Under the pieces are notes generated by a model that saw nothing but the letters and a program-made list of their open reading frames with translations, ran no database searches and had not been told where the DNA came from. Shown one piece after another: positions 11,983 through 24,559 of a stretch of 64,000 nt of DNA. The DNA is taken from the NCBI RefSeq assembly GCF_963921235.1, contig NC_086097.1:222830001-222894000 (forward strand). Direction: 5' to 3'. The stretch is from Mobula hypostoma (lineage: Eukaryota). Position 1 is the stretch's first letter; each line of letters begins with the position of its first letter. Made by a program: the position numbers and the translations under genes.

Positions 11983-12232
11983 AAACATAGAAACATAGAA
12001 AACCTACAGCACAATACAGGCCCTTCAGTCAATACCCCGACATCTCCTCTGTACCTACTTCCAAGCACCTTAAAACTGTGCCCTCTAGCATTAACCATTT
12101 CAGCTCTGGGAAAAAGCCTCTGACTATCCACACGATCAATGTCTCTCATCATCTTACGGACTTCTATCAGGTCACCTCTCATCCTCCGTCACTCCAAGGA
12201 AAAAAGGCCAAGTTCACTCAAGCTATTCTCAT
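11983..12232 (-). mobile_element. CR1 3' fragment
   Basis: MRGDLIEVRKMMRDIDRVDSQRLFPRAE; (TTTCTATG)n tail. Confidence 0.85.
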
Positions 12233-12609
12233 ATTCTGCTGGAGGTAGCTGTAGCAGTTCTTCAGATCATAGCAAAATGTACAGAACAGCAGGATGCTAT
12301 TTAGCCAATTGTTTGTGTCTGTGAAAGAGAATCCTTTGTTTTAATCCCACTTGGCCTTGCAGCATTAATTAGACTTATTCATTTAGCATTTGTAGACCTT
12401 TCCCTTTTGCTGTTGGCGAGGCTGGTATTTATTGTCTGTCCTAACTGCTCTGAAATCGTGAGATTAATGGAGGTGGGTACAATTACAATATTTAAAGGGC
12501 ACGTGGACAGATATGTGGATAGGAAAGGAGAAAAATGGGCCAAGTGTAGGAAAGTCGGACTAGCTCTGAAAGATCAGAATAGATGGTTTTGTGCGTTTTA
12601 ACTCTGACC

Positions 12610-13132
12610 ATCTGCCATAAGCAGGACTTCCCAGTGGCCAAACATTTTAATTCCAATTCCCATTCCTGGTCAACACTTGTAATATTTGTAATGAACAGTT
12701 TACGTCAAATAATGACACACTCAAATTGCTGGAGGAACTCAGCAGGTCAGGCAGCAGCTAATGAAAGGAATACACAGTGGACATTTCAGGCTAAACCCTT
12801 CATCAGGACTGGAAAGGAAAGGGGAAGAAGCCAGAATAAGGTGGTAGGAGGACGGGAAGGAGTACAATGTAGAAGGTGATAAGTAGTCGGTGAGAAGGAA
12901 GGTAGGTGGGCGGGGGGGGGAAGAAATGAGAGGCAGGCAGATGATAGGCGGAAAAGGTAAAGGGCTGATAAGGAGAGGAGGGGCATCAGAGGGAGGTGAT
13001 AGGCAGGGGAGGAAAAGAGAAGAGGTAAGACGAGAGCCAGAATGGGAAATGGAAAAAGAGAGAAGGGGGAAGGGGGTAAATTACTGAAAGTTAGATAAAC
13101 TGATGTTCATGCCTTCATGTTGGAGGCTACCT
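12610..13132. mobile_element. Penelope-like fragments (short + strand GIY-YIG piece, - strand pseudo-LTR)
   Basis: KQDFPVAKHFNSNSHS on +; terminal repeat with degenerate hammerhead at 12776-12810 on -. Confidence 0.8.
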
Positions 13133-13469
13133 ATTTTGAGGTTCCACTTGGGAACCAGGTGCTGTCCAACCTTAATTTCTATCATTATTCTGCAGTGATT
13201 ACTGTAGAATGGTAGGTGGGCACACAGCAATCTTGATTGTATGAGTGGAGGTGAGGAGAATGCTCTCCCTCACACCTGGATTTGTGATTACATTGCCCCA
13301 GTATTTGGGCTGATCTGGCCCATGAGCAGGACCCGCCAGCCCACACTGTTCTCCTTATCTTTGAAGGTTAGTAGACTCACACCACCAGTTCTTTGTACTT
13401 GTAGCCTTTAAAGTTCCACCACATAGCTTGCATTGTCTCTCTTCATTCGTTTTAAATAAAATGTATTAC

Positions 13470-14300
13470 CTCAAATGTACCTCACTAAGTTCCATCCATT
13501 ATGTCTCCATCATTTCACTGGGCTGTGTATGTTACTTTGAGGTCTATTATTGTACATCTGACTGTTTGTGATGCTTCAAGATTGTGTATCATCCACAGAT
13601 TTCAAAATTGTGCTTTGCATCCTCAAGTCCAAAGAGCAGTGATTTTTGAAGAACACTGCTATATACTATTCACTAGTTTAAAGGACATAAGCCATGCCCT
13701 CCTTTTTTAATATACTTAAGTCATTTGTTGGTTCATTGTCTCAGCTGTTTCATTATCAATTTTACTAACAAGTTTATTACAACACACTCAAATAATCCAT
13801 TAAAATCCATTTGTAGACATCAACTGACTGATGTCATCCAACCTCTCTTTTGGTCAAGTATGATTTTCCCTTAACAAATTTTGCTAGCTCTGCTTTATTT
13901 ATTCATGCTTGTCGAATTCATTGTTAATTTCTCCTGGATTGTTTTTCTAAAAGCTTCCACATTATGTTCAGTTGACTGGCCTAAAGATATCCAGGATTAT
14001 TCCTCTCACACTTTTTAAGCCAGCATGTAAACACGTTTCCTTGGAGTTTTCTGGTACCAGTCCTGGACCTAAATAAGACATAATAATTAGGTATAACCAT
14101 TTCTATTCTTACTTTCCATAATAACTTGGAAAGAACTCAATCTAGACTAGATAATTTAGCCACTTTAAGTACCACTTTTTTAATTCCTCTTAAATATAGT
14201 TAAACCTTCCAATATTCTAAAATTATCCATTTACTGTTGCTTTTGTAATGTTCTCACAATCACTGTGTAAAATATTTGTTTATTAATAGCTTTCAATAAG
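13470..14300 (-). mobile_element. Old degraded CR1 RT region
   Basis: Diverged similarity to the Y(R)PVSLT / GF.KGKSC.TNL / VPQ.SVLG regions of other CR1 copies. Confidence 0.5.
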
Positions 14301-14589
14301 CTGCCAATCTCCCTTCTGCCAATCCAGCATGTTAGCTGGATTAGTTACAGCCTGCGCCTGCATGGCATGATGAGTCTATCGGGACTTTGAGACTTTTTTG
14401 GTCTGCTGCTTATCAAATTATGGTATTGTTTTGCACTGTTATAACTATATGTTATAATTATGTGGTTTTGTCAGTTTTAGTCTTGGTTTGTCCTGTATTT
14501 TCTTGTGATATCATTCTGGAGGAACGTTGTAGCATATTTTAATGCATGCATTTCTAAATGACAATAAATGAGGACTGAACTGAACTGAA

Positions 14590-15130
14590 CAGGCACCTCA
14601 AAGCACTCGAAAAGTACCATAAACAGTGTCTCCGCAAAATCCTCTCAATCACTGGAAGGGTAAACAAAGGTAAATCTGGAAGGCTAGGTGAACCAATGTC
14701 AGCGTCCTCGCCCTCTCTATTGGGGATGTGTACAGGGCTCCACTGAGCAGGCCACATCTTTTGTGTGCCTGGGGCCAGTCTTCCTAAAAAGACACCTTAT
14801 TCTGAGGCAATCACAAGGCAAGATTATCAGAATGGCAAAGCAGAAGGTTCAAAGACCTTTTCAAAGCATCATTGAAAGAAGTACAGCATTCCCACCGGCC
14901 CACGACTGTTCCAAACAAAGGAGGAACATTTGAGACCGTATTGAGAATTGGAAGCTCATGCATAGGCAGCCCAGCAGTCATGATGAAATAGTGATATTTT
15001 CTCTCAAATTATTCACTTGCCTATGTCAGCATGGGAGTCTGTGGTTCCTGTATTGGCTTCATCAATCATCTTGAAACACACAAAACTGGAAAGGACCCAC
15101 GTCATTCTCAATCCCATGGTACAACTTAAA
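14590..15130 (+). mobile_element. RTE-type LINE 3' fragment
   Basis: RHLKALEKYHKQCLRKILSI; GQQKRFKD-like and C-terminal ..GSCIGFINHLETH motifs. Confidence 0.7.
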
Positions 15131-15319
15131 AAACAAGAAGAAATGCCAATCAGTTCTGGTTTTTGATTTGCTTTCTCAGATCTATTTTGTAATTTTCTAT
15201 TCAGTTTGATTCTACCTTGAACATGGATTCTCCTCATCGAACAGAGATTTGAAATTCAGTTTGTTGGAGAAATTAAAATTTGTTCAGGCAATACAGTGGG
15301 CCTGCTGAGTACGAATCTT

Positions 15320-16385
15320 CAATAGTAATACTTACATCAGGCTGCTGTTTCTTGACTACCGCTCAGTGTTCGACACAATCATACCCTCCATTCTGATCAA
15401 AACACTCCAAAACCTGGCCTCTGTACCCCCCTCTGCATCCGGATCCTTGACTTACTCACTGAGAAACCACAGACTATGCAGATTGGAAATAACACATCTT
15501 TCTCTCTGATAATCAACACTAGCACACCTGAAGGATTTACTCTCTGTGCACCCATTACCATGAGACTAGGCACGCCAACTATAAATTTGCTGATGGTGAT
15601 GAGGAGGCATACAGGAGCAAGAAAGAACAGCTAGTTGAGTGGCGTTGCAGTAACAACCTTGCACTCAACATCAGTAAGACCAAGGAATTGATTGTGGACT
15701 TCAGGAAGGGAAAGTTGAGGGAACACACACTGGTCCTTATCAAGGAATCAGAAGTGGAAAGGGTGAGCAGATTCAGGACCCTCGGTGTCAAAATCTCTGA
15801 GAATCTATTCTGGGCTCAACATATTGATGTAATAACAAAAAGCCATAACAGAAGCTATATTTCATTAGGAGTTTGAGAAGAATTGGTATGCCATCAAAGA
15901 CACTCACAACTTCCCATAGATGTACTGTGGAGGGCATATCACCATCTGGTATGCACAGGATCAAAAAAAAGCTGCAGAAAGCTGTAAACTCACTAGCTTC
16001 ACCATGGGCACTAGCCTCCTCAACACCCAGGACACCTTCAAAAGGCGATATCTCAAAAAGGCAGTTTCCATTATTAGGGATTCCCATCACCCTGGACATC
16101 CCTCTTCTCATTGCTACCATCAAGGAGGAGGTACAGGAGCCTAAAAATACTCACTCAATGTTTCAGGAACAGCTTCTTCCCCTCAGCCATCAGGTTTCTG
16201 AAAGGACAATGAACCCATGAGCACTACGGCTCTACTTTCCCTCTCTTTTTGTACTAATTATATTTTTATATATATTCCTTATTGTAATTTATAGTTTTTA
16301 TTACTACGTATTGCAACATACTACTGCTGCAAAACAACAAATTTCATGTCATATGCTGGTGATATTAAACCTGATTCTGATTCGG
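15320..16385 (+). mobile_element. Rex1/Babar-type LINE RT and 3' end
   Basis: TYIRLLFLDY.SVFDTIIP, YKFAD, NNLALNISKTKELIVDFRK, IIRDSHHPGH; tail ggtgatattaaacctgattctgattc. Confidence 0.85.
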
Positions 16386-17664
16386 AATATGCAAAGCATG
16401 ATATTTATGGAGTAGATTTGACTTGTAGATCATGACTCATGGAGATGGAGAATTTATCAACAAAGTTAAATCTGGATGTAATTAAGGTAGCTATAGGGGA
16501 AAGAGTAGCTGCTGAGAATGGAAATGTGGAACTTGAAAAGCTAACCACGTCAGAAATATGGTTTAAAGCTCAGCCAACTAATAACACACTAAAGTTCAAT
16601 TCAGACGTAGTGATCTGGCGGATGGGAGTGTTGTCATTATTGGCAAGGTTTGCAGTGGGAATTTGAGATGGATTCAATTTCCCACATTCAGTTGAAGGGT
16701 TTTGTAATTTATCCAAGCCTAAATCTCTTGTGGTAGAAAGACTAAATTTCAAACTTCAAAGTAAATCAAAGTGCATATACGTCACCATATACAACGCTGA
16801 AATTCATGTTATTGTGGCAAATCATAGTAAGCACAAGAAACAAAATAGAATCAATGAAAGACTGTGCCCAAAAGGACAAACAACCAATGTGCAAAAAATA
16901 AACAAACTGTGCTAATACTGTACAAAAAAAGAAAGAAAGAATAATAAATATTAAAAACATGAGATGAAGAATCCTTGAAAGTGAGTCCAGTTCAGTGGGA
17001 ACAGTTCAGCGATGGGAAAGTGAAGTTAAGTGAAGTTATTCCCTCTGGTTCAAAAGCCTGATGGTTGAGGGGTAATAACTGTTCCTGAACCTGGCGGTAT
17101 GGATTCTAAGGCTCCTGTACGTTCTTGTACAGAAAAAGTAGACGAAGACTGATAAAAAGGTTATAATTGTCAGTGACCCATGTGTCTGCAGAAAACAGCA
17201 CGGCAATAAAAAGACACTAAATCCTTCTGAAAGTTGGTGATAACATTACAAAGGATAGAGAAGCTTCACTGTTTGAAACGTCTACAAATGAAAATCCTGG
17301 AGTCTGTTCTATCCTTTGCCACAAAGAACAAAACAGAACATAGGCTCATTTTCCTTTAATGAGACAGGTAGGAATAACCACAATTTAATTATGATTTCAA
17401 TGTTAAAGGTATTTTACCACTTCAACAACCTGCAACAATTAATCAAGAAGACAATGGGTCTCGGTTCGGTGTCGACTGTACTCTTCTCCATAGATGCTGC
17501 CTGGCCTGCTGAGTTCCTCCAGCATCTTGTGTGTGTTGCAATGATTAATATGCAACTTCATTAAACAAGACACAGGATTGCAGATTCTACTATTTGTGCA
17601 TATACTGCTATTTGTAACAATTGTTCAGTGCATTGGTTATTTTCACCCAGAGTTACAGAATCAT

Positions 17665-19075
17665 AGAACACTACAGCACATAAACACGCCTGTCGGCCCA
17701 CTTAGTCTCTGCCAAGCTATTAATCTGCCTGGTTGCAATGATCTCCACCCAGACCATAGTCCTCCATACCCCTCCAGTCCACGTACCTATCCAAAATTTC
17801 TCTTAAATGTTGAAATCAAACCCGCATTCTCCACTTCCACACCCACACCATTAGCATCATCTGAATGAAGAATGTTCCCCCTAAACATTTCACCTTTCAC
17901 CCTTAACCTATGATCTCCAGTTCTAGTCTCACACAACCTCAGTGGAAAAAGCCTGCTTGCATTTACCCCTCATAATTTTGTATACCTCTATCAAATCTCC
18001 TCTCATTCTTTTACGCTCTAGGAAATATAGTCCTCACCTACTTAACCTTTCCCTATAAATCATGTTCTCAAGTCCTGGCAACATCCTTTTAAATTTTCTC
18101 TCTACTCTTTCAATCTTACTTACATCTTTCCTGTAGGTAGCTGACCAAAGTTGCACACAACACTCCAAATTAGGCCTCCCCAACATCTTATACAATTTCA
18201 ACAAAACATCCCAACTTCTGTACTCAGTATATCGATTTATGAAGGCCAATGCATCAAAAGCATTCTTTATGACTCTATCTACCTTTGATGCCACTTTCAA
18301 GGAATTATGGATATATGTATATTCCCAGATACCTCTGTTCTTCAACATTCCTCAGTGCCCCAACACTCACTGTGTGAGACCTACGCACCCTGGTTGGTCC
18401 TCCCAAAGTGCAACAGCTCACACTTGTCTGTATTAAATCCCATTTACCATTTTAGCCCATTTTTCCAGATTGTCCAGATCTTGTTGCAAGCCTTGATAGT
18501 CTTCCTTGCTGTCCACTACATCAGAATTTTAGTGTCACCCACAAATTTATTGATCCAGTTAACCACATTATTATTCAGACCATTGATATAGATGACAAGC
18601 AACATCAAACCCAGCAACAGTCCCTGCGGCACTCCCCCCCCCCCCGCCCCCCAGTCACAGGCATCCAGAGAGGCAACCATCTATTACCACTCTCTGGCTT
18701 CTCCCTCAAAGCCAACACCAAATCCTATTTACTACCTCATCTTGAATGCCAAGTGGCTGAACCTTCGTGACCAATGTCCCACGCAGGACCTTTGCAAGAA
18801 CCTTGCTAAAGTCCACGCAGACAACATCCACTGCCTTGCCTTCACAAAAAAACCTCTAAGATGGTTGGACATAATCTACCACAAAGTCATGTTGACTATC
18901 TCTAATTATTTCCTGCATATCCGGATACTTACAGATCCAGTCCCTTAGAATACCTTCCAATAACTTACTCACTACTGATGTCAGGCTCACTGACCTATAA
19001 TTTCCTGGCTTATTCTTAGAGCCTTTCTTAACCAACAGAACAACAATAGCTACCCTCCAATCCTCTGGCACCTTC
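17665..19075 (-). mobile_element. CR1 ORF2 (RT and 3' end, internally deleted)
   Basis: ORFs 18856-19098 (VPEDWRVAIV...PGNYRSVSLTSVV) and 18034-18348 (LYKMLGRPNLECCVQLWS). Confidence 0.85.
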
Positions 19076-19099
19076 TGTATTTGCATCTCTACTAGCATT

Positions 19100-19585
19100 G
19101 GAGAGTCTCCAGAGCTGGTTCACAAAAATTATTCTGGGAATGAAAGGGTTAAAAGTATGAGGCGGGCTTGATGGCTCTAGGCCTGTACTTGCTGGAGTTT
19201 ATAAGAATGCTGGTGTTCTCACTGACACCTATTGAACATTGAAAGGCCTCAATACACTTGAGTGGATGTTTCCTATAGTGGGGGGTATAGAGGTGTCCAG
19301 AGGACACAGCCTCAGAATAGAGGAACATCCATTTAGAACAGAGAACAGGAGGAATTTCTTTTGCCAGCGGGCAGTGAATCTGTCTAATTCATTGCCACAG
19401 ATGGCTGCAAGGCCAAGTCATTGAGTATTTTTAAAGTGAAGGTTGATAGGCTCTTGAATAGTCAGGGTGTCAAATGTTATGGGGAGAAGTCAGACAAATG
19501 AGTTTGAGAGGGGTAATAAATTAACCAGATGAAATGGCAGGATACTTGATGGGCCAAATGGCCTAATTCTGCTATGTCTTATACC
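19100..19585 (+). mobile_element. CR1 3' fragment
   Basis: RGHSLRIEEHPFRTENRRNFFCQRAVNL; 3' UTR gggccaaatggcctaattctgct. Confidence 0.8.
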
Positions 19586-19838
19586 TCACTTATGCTAAGG
19601 ACATTTTAAATATCTCTGGTAGGGTTGCTGTAATTTCTGCACTTGCCTCCCACAGGTCATGCAGGAACACCTTGTCAGGCCCTAGGGATTTATCCACCCT
19701 AAGTTACCTGCGTATTGCACCTTGGGTGTAACTGCCTTCCTGCATCGTCCATCAATCAACCCCTCAGCCTCACGAATGATCCAGAGTTCACCCAGCTCCA
19801 GTTCCAATTCCTTAACACGCTCTGAAAGAAGCTGCTAC

Positions 19839-22369
19839 TGTCATGGTCCGGTCCGTGAAGTCCGTATTCCAGTTCACGGTCCGGTCCATCGACCCTTGCT
19901 CCAGGTTTTCCTGTCTATCCTGCTTCTGTTCTTGTTGAGCTCTTATTGAGCCAGCTGATGCTCGTTGGGGCTGGCTGCATAAATACCTTCAGAGACCAGC
20001 GCGTGGCTGCTGGATTGTTCTTGTCCCTACTCCTTGTATCCCTTCATCTGCCTTCTGTTTCCTTGCCTGAAGCCCTGCCTTGTCTTGCTGGTAACTCTCG
20101 CCTCGGCTGAAGTTCTCGTCTCGCCTTGCTTTACCAGAAGCCTTGCCTTGTCTTGGTGATAACTCTCGCCTCATCTCGCCTGCAGTCTTGTCCTGGAGCC
20201 ACCCTGTACCTAGCTCCCTTCCTGTCTCTTTCCTCCGCCCAGGTTAAGCCAGGCTGTCTTGCCGTTACCTGCGGTTGGTTCTGTCCCTTCCTGTCCCTTG
20301 CCTCCGTCGGGTAAGCCAGGCCGTCTTGCCGTTACCTGCGGTTGGCTCTGTCCCTTCCTGTCCCATGCCTCCGTTGGGCGGTGATCCGCGCCTTGCCCAG
20401 GTGAACCGTGCCCTGCCCAGGAGGAGCCTGCCTAGCCTCAAGCCTGAAGACTCCAGCCTCCTGCCTAGCCTCAAGCCTGAAGACTCCTGCCTCCTGTCAA
20501 GCTTCGCCCCTAGCCTCAAGCCTGAAGACTCCTGCCTCCTGCCAAGCTTCGCCTCTAGCCTCAAGCCTGAAGACTCTAGCCTCCTGCCTCCTGCCAAGCT
20601 TCGTCTCCAGCCTCAAGCCTGAAGATTCTAGCCTCCTGCCAAGCTTCGCCTCTAGCCTCAAGCCTGAAGACTCTAGCCTCCTGCCTCCTGCCAAGCTTCG
20701 CCTCTAGCCTCAAGCCTGAAGACTCTAGCCTCCTGCCTCCTGCCTAGCCTCAAGCCTGAAGACTCCTGTCCCCTGCCAAGCTTCGCCTCTAGCCTCAAGC
20801 CTGAAGACTCTAGCCTCCTGCCTCCTGCCAAGCCTCGCTTCTAGCCTCAAGCCTGAAGACTCTAGCCTCCTGCCTCCTGCCTAGCCTCAAGCCTGAAGAC
20901 TCCTGCCTCCTGCCAAGCTTCGCCTCTAGCCTCAAGCCTGAAGACTCTAGCCTCCTGCCTCCTGCCAAGCTTCGTCTCTAGCCTCAAGCCTGAAGACTCT
21001 AGCCTCCTGCCTCCTGCCAAGCTTCGCCTCTAGCCTCAAGCCTGAAGACTCTAGCCTCCTGCCTCCTGCCAAGCCTCACCTCTAGCCTCAAGCCTGAAGA
21101 CTCTAGCCTCCAGCCTCCTGCCTAGCCTCGAGCCTGAAGACTCCTACCTCCTGCCAAGCTTCGCCTCTAGCCTCAAGCCTGAAGACTCTAGCCTCCTGCC
21201 AAGCTTCATCTCTAGCCTCAAGCCTGAAGACTCCAGCCTCTAGCCTCCTGCCAAGCTTCGCCTCTAGCCTCAAGCCTGAAGACTCTAGCCTCCTGCCTCC
21301 TGCCAAGCTTCGCCTCTAGCCTCAAGCCTGAAGACTCTAGCCTCCTGCCTCCTGTCTAGCCTCAAGCCTGAAGACTCCTGCCTCCTGCCAAGCTTTGCCT
21401 CTAGCCTCAAGCCTGAAGACTCTAGCCTCCTGCCTCCTGCCAAGCTTAGCCTCTAGCCTCAAGCCTGAAGACTCTAGCCTCCTGCCTCCTGTCAAGCCTC
21501 GCTTCTAGCCTCAAGCCTGAAGACTCTAGCCTCCATCCTCCTGCCTAGCCTCAAGCCTGAAGACTCCTGCCTCCTGCCAAGCTTCGCCTCTAGCCTCAAG
21601 CCTGAAGACTCTAACCTCCTGCCTCCTGCCAAGCTTCGCCTCTAGCCTCAAACCTGAAGACTCTAGCCTCCTGCCTCCTGCCAAGCCTCACTTCTAGCCT
21701 CAAGCCTGAAGACTCTAGCCTCCTGCCTCCTGCCTAGCCTCAAGCCTGAAGACTCCTGCCTCCTGCCAAGCTTCGCCTCTAGCCTCAAGCCTGAAGACTC
21801 TAGCCTCCTGCCTCCTGCCAAGCTTCGCCTCTAGCCTGAAGCCTGAAGACTCTAGCCTCCTGCCTCCTGCCAAGCTTCGCCTCTAGCCTCAAGCCTGAAG
21901 ACTCTAGCCTCCTGTCTCCTGCCAAGCTTCGCCTCTAGCCTCTAGCCTGAAGACTCTATCCTCCTGTCTCCTGCCAAGCTTCGCCTCTAGCCTCAAGCCT
22001 GAAGACTCTAGCCTCCTGCCTCCTGCCAAGCCTCATCTCTAGCCTCAAGCCTGAAGACTCTAGCCTCCTGCCAAGCTTCGCCTCTAGCCTCAAGCCTGAA
22101 GACTCCAGCCTCGTCCTGCCTGCCTGCCAAGCCTCGTCCTTGCCTAGTTCTGGGGTCTGAGCCAGAGGCAAGACCCAGGTACTGGGTCCTTGTCCAGTCT
22201 CTGGCTCAGAGTCCAAGCCCGGGCTCCTGGCTCTCTTGTCCAGTCCTGTTCCGGGTTCCTGGTTTTCGTGTCCATGTCCTTGCCCTCAGCCTGTATGCTA
22301 GTCCTGTCCCTGGTACTTCAGTGTCTGTGTCTTGCACTTGGGTCCGTTCCCAGCCACCACCTTATGACA
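19839..22369 (+). mobile_element. Solo LTR (2531 bp) expanded by an internal minisatellite
   Basis: Ends TGTCAT...ATGACA; perfect 5-bp TSD GCTAC (19834-19838, 22370-22374); TATA-like CATAAATA near 19978; no gag/pol. Confidence 0.85.
20431..22145 (+). repeat. Complex tandem array, 36 units of ~33-52 bp
   Basis: Near-constant 21-mer CTAGCCTCAAGCCTGAAGACT counted 36 times by eye, separated by a few related linker variants. Confidence 0.95.
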
Positions 22370-23219
22370 GCTACTGGATGCACTTTGTGTCAGGAACACT
22401 AGAGGCCTCCCTGCCTTCCCATATCCAGCATTCCACTATCCTGCCTGACATCCCCACGGATCTAACTGTATAATAAGGAAGAAAGAAAAATTAAATGGAA
22501 AAAAAAATCTACCACCACCTCTCCTTGCCGAAGCCTCTACGGGCCGAAGGCTGAACTCTCCACTCTCCACACTAGCCTACTCACATTGAGGCCGCTCCAC
22601 TAAACCAAACTTCTTTTTATTGGCCTTTGCCAAGAGACTACAAATACACACTCCAAAGTCTCTCAGAAAACCGTGGTGCGCAGAATGTCCCGACTGTCTC
22701 CTCCCCACCAACCCGCAAGTTTCTTTATTTAATTCTTTTATGGCAAATAACAATAGTAATTTTATTGAAAACTAATGTTTTCTGTTTATTGTGATAAACA
22801 GAACAAGTTGGTAAGGCATTGCTTTAACAATAATTGTGGTGCCTTCGGTTGTCTGCATAAACTCTGATCAGGACTATGTTTTAGTATTAAGCCGATTTAC
22901 ATAACAGTGACTTCGAACCTTTCGAACTCCAGTTTATAAATTGGTTTCTTCTAGTTAGGCGTGAATGTAATCCACAATAAGATATTTTTCCTGTAAACAT
23001 TTTATTTTAAAAGAACGAACTGTGAATAAAATATGAAATCATGAGATCTGTTCTTAACGTTCATATAAAAGGAAAATGCTTTCGAAAAATAATGACATTC
23101 CCATTTCTAGAGTGGAATTTAATAAACATACCAAAATATCCGGGTTGTGGTAAACTACTGCAAGTTTTACTAATCATCAGACAGTAAACGTGAATATAAT
23201 TTTGTTCCAAAAAATAAAC

Positions 23220-24010
23220 CCGATTCCCTAAGAATAAAATAACGGGGACGGTTATTATCCGGCGGCGAGCCACTCACCGAGGAATAGGAGCAGGTGAATT
23301 ACTGTAAAACTGATTTTTCTGTACTAGAAAAACCTCTGCGGTATTCACAGCCAAGCCCACTGCGTGTGTGTAAAAATATACCCGTGTTTAACAGGAGCGG
23401 ATGCGGTTTGCTTGTCCGCCCGGAGGGGTGACCGACTTGGGCGGCGGGGGTCGTCATTAGCTAACTCTTGCTCAGGGGCGGTTTATTTGGTGCTCGCCCT
23501 GACGGTAACTGCTGAGCCCTTGCTCGACTGGCGGGCTGTGGCCAGGTAAAGCGTCTGGTGCTGAGGGGCGAGCAGCTGTCCCTCCGCGGCAAGTCCGAGG
23601 ACTATCGGGCCTACTGCCAAATAAGGAGTGGGCTCTGCAGAGGGTAAGTGTGTCCACCAGATTCTTTGAAGTATGCTATAAGTTTTTTTTTAATTTGCAA
23701 TAAATTTCCCCTGCCCGTGGCTTTAAAAATAGCACAAATGTCACATTTTGCGAACTGAGCAGACCTGCCAGTGTGGTTGAATGTTATTTATCCGGCAGGG
23801 TAAAACCTTGCAAAGTAAAAGACAAGCTGCGGGTTTGTGAATTCATACCGAGATCTTCGCGTAAATGCACTCCTGCAGTATCTCACTGCACGGAGTCTGT
23901 GTTTAAGCAGAAATTGGCTGGATGTTCTCCAAATATGTTTAATGCCGTTTATGTACTCCAGCTGATCTGGAAGGAGGTGGGACCAGCCGCGAAGCCGTTG
24001 CGGCATAAAT
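23220..24010. promoter_or_regulatory. CpG-rich island, probable bidirectional promoter
   Basis: Marked CpG enrichment in non-repeat DNA; GC boxes (CCGCCC ~23415, GGGCGG ~23439 and ~23476); minus-strand donor TCG|GTGAGT at 23277 and plus-strand donors CAG|GTAAAG (23546) and AGG|GTAAGT (23644). Confidence 0.7.
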
Positions 24011-24559
24011 ACATTTTCTTTAACCTTCTGCTGATAACTTAAGTAAAAATTAGTCTTTGGAAATGGTAAGTATGAACAAATGAAAATGAATTGACAGGTC
24101 ATATTTTGGCGAAATGACAAAATCTATTTTCATTAAATTCCATTAAAAAAACTCATTAGCTTCAAGATAATTAAATAAGCTTCGCACTGGCGCTTTTTTT
24201 TTCCCTTCACTGGGTTTGGTCCATCGTCAATTTAATCATCAATGTAGCCTATGGTAGAACTGTTGCCCAGGAGATAACTAAACAGAACATTAATGTGTAA
24301 TATTTCAAATACTTTCTATGTAGATATTAAAATATGCAGCTTTTTCGTGCTTTCGATTGACTGCAGTACACAAGTGTCCTGTTTAATTTTTTTTTACAAA
24401 GGAAGAAAAAGTGGAGGAGTCCTTTTGAGTGGAATTTTGATGTCTGTGGACTTGTGGCAATTGTTTTGGCATACATTGCAAACTGAACCTTCTAGCTGAC
24501 ATGAATTGAAGAATACTAATATACAGATTCCTCTGATGTGATATGATTGGCAAGGAGAA

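Larger units (their letters stand above)
19760..22445 (-). mobile_element. CR1 ORF1 zinc-finger/leucine-zipper fragment split by the solo LTR
   Basis: CWIWEGREASSVPD..KCIQ (22375-22430) joins QLLSERVKELELELGELWII (19770-19838), homologous to ORF 30406-30714. Confidence 0.75.

Noticed and set aside
20431..22145. CRISPR-like repeat-spacer array
   Set aside because: The 'spacers' are a few near-identical variants made of the same 7-nt subunit as the repeat; there are no cas genes; the context is eukaryotic and inside an LTR-like element
20265..22216. Repetitive ORFs (SLKPEDSS / RRLESSGLRL) as a protein gene
   Set aside because: Unit lengths of 52 and 40 bp break the frame and TAG recurs; these are by-products of the minisatellite
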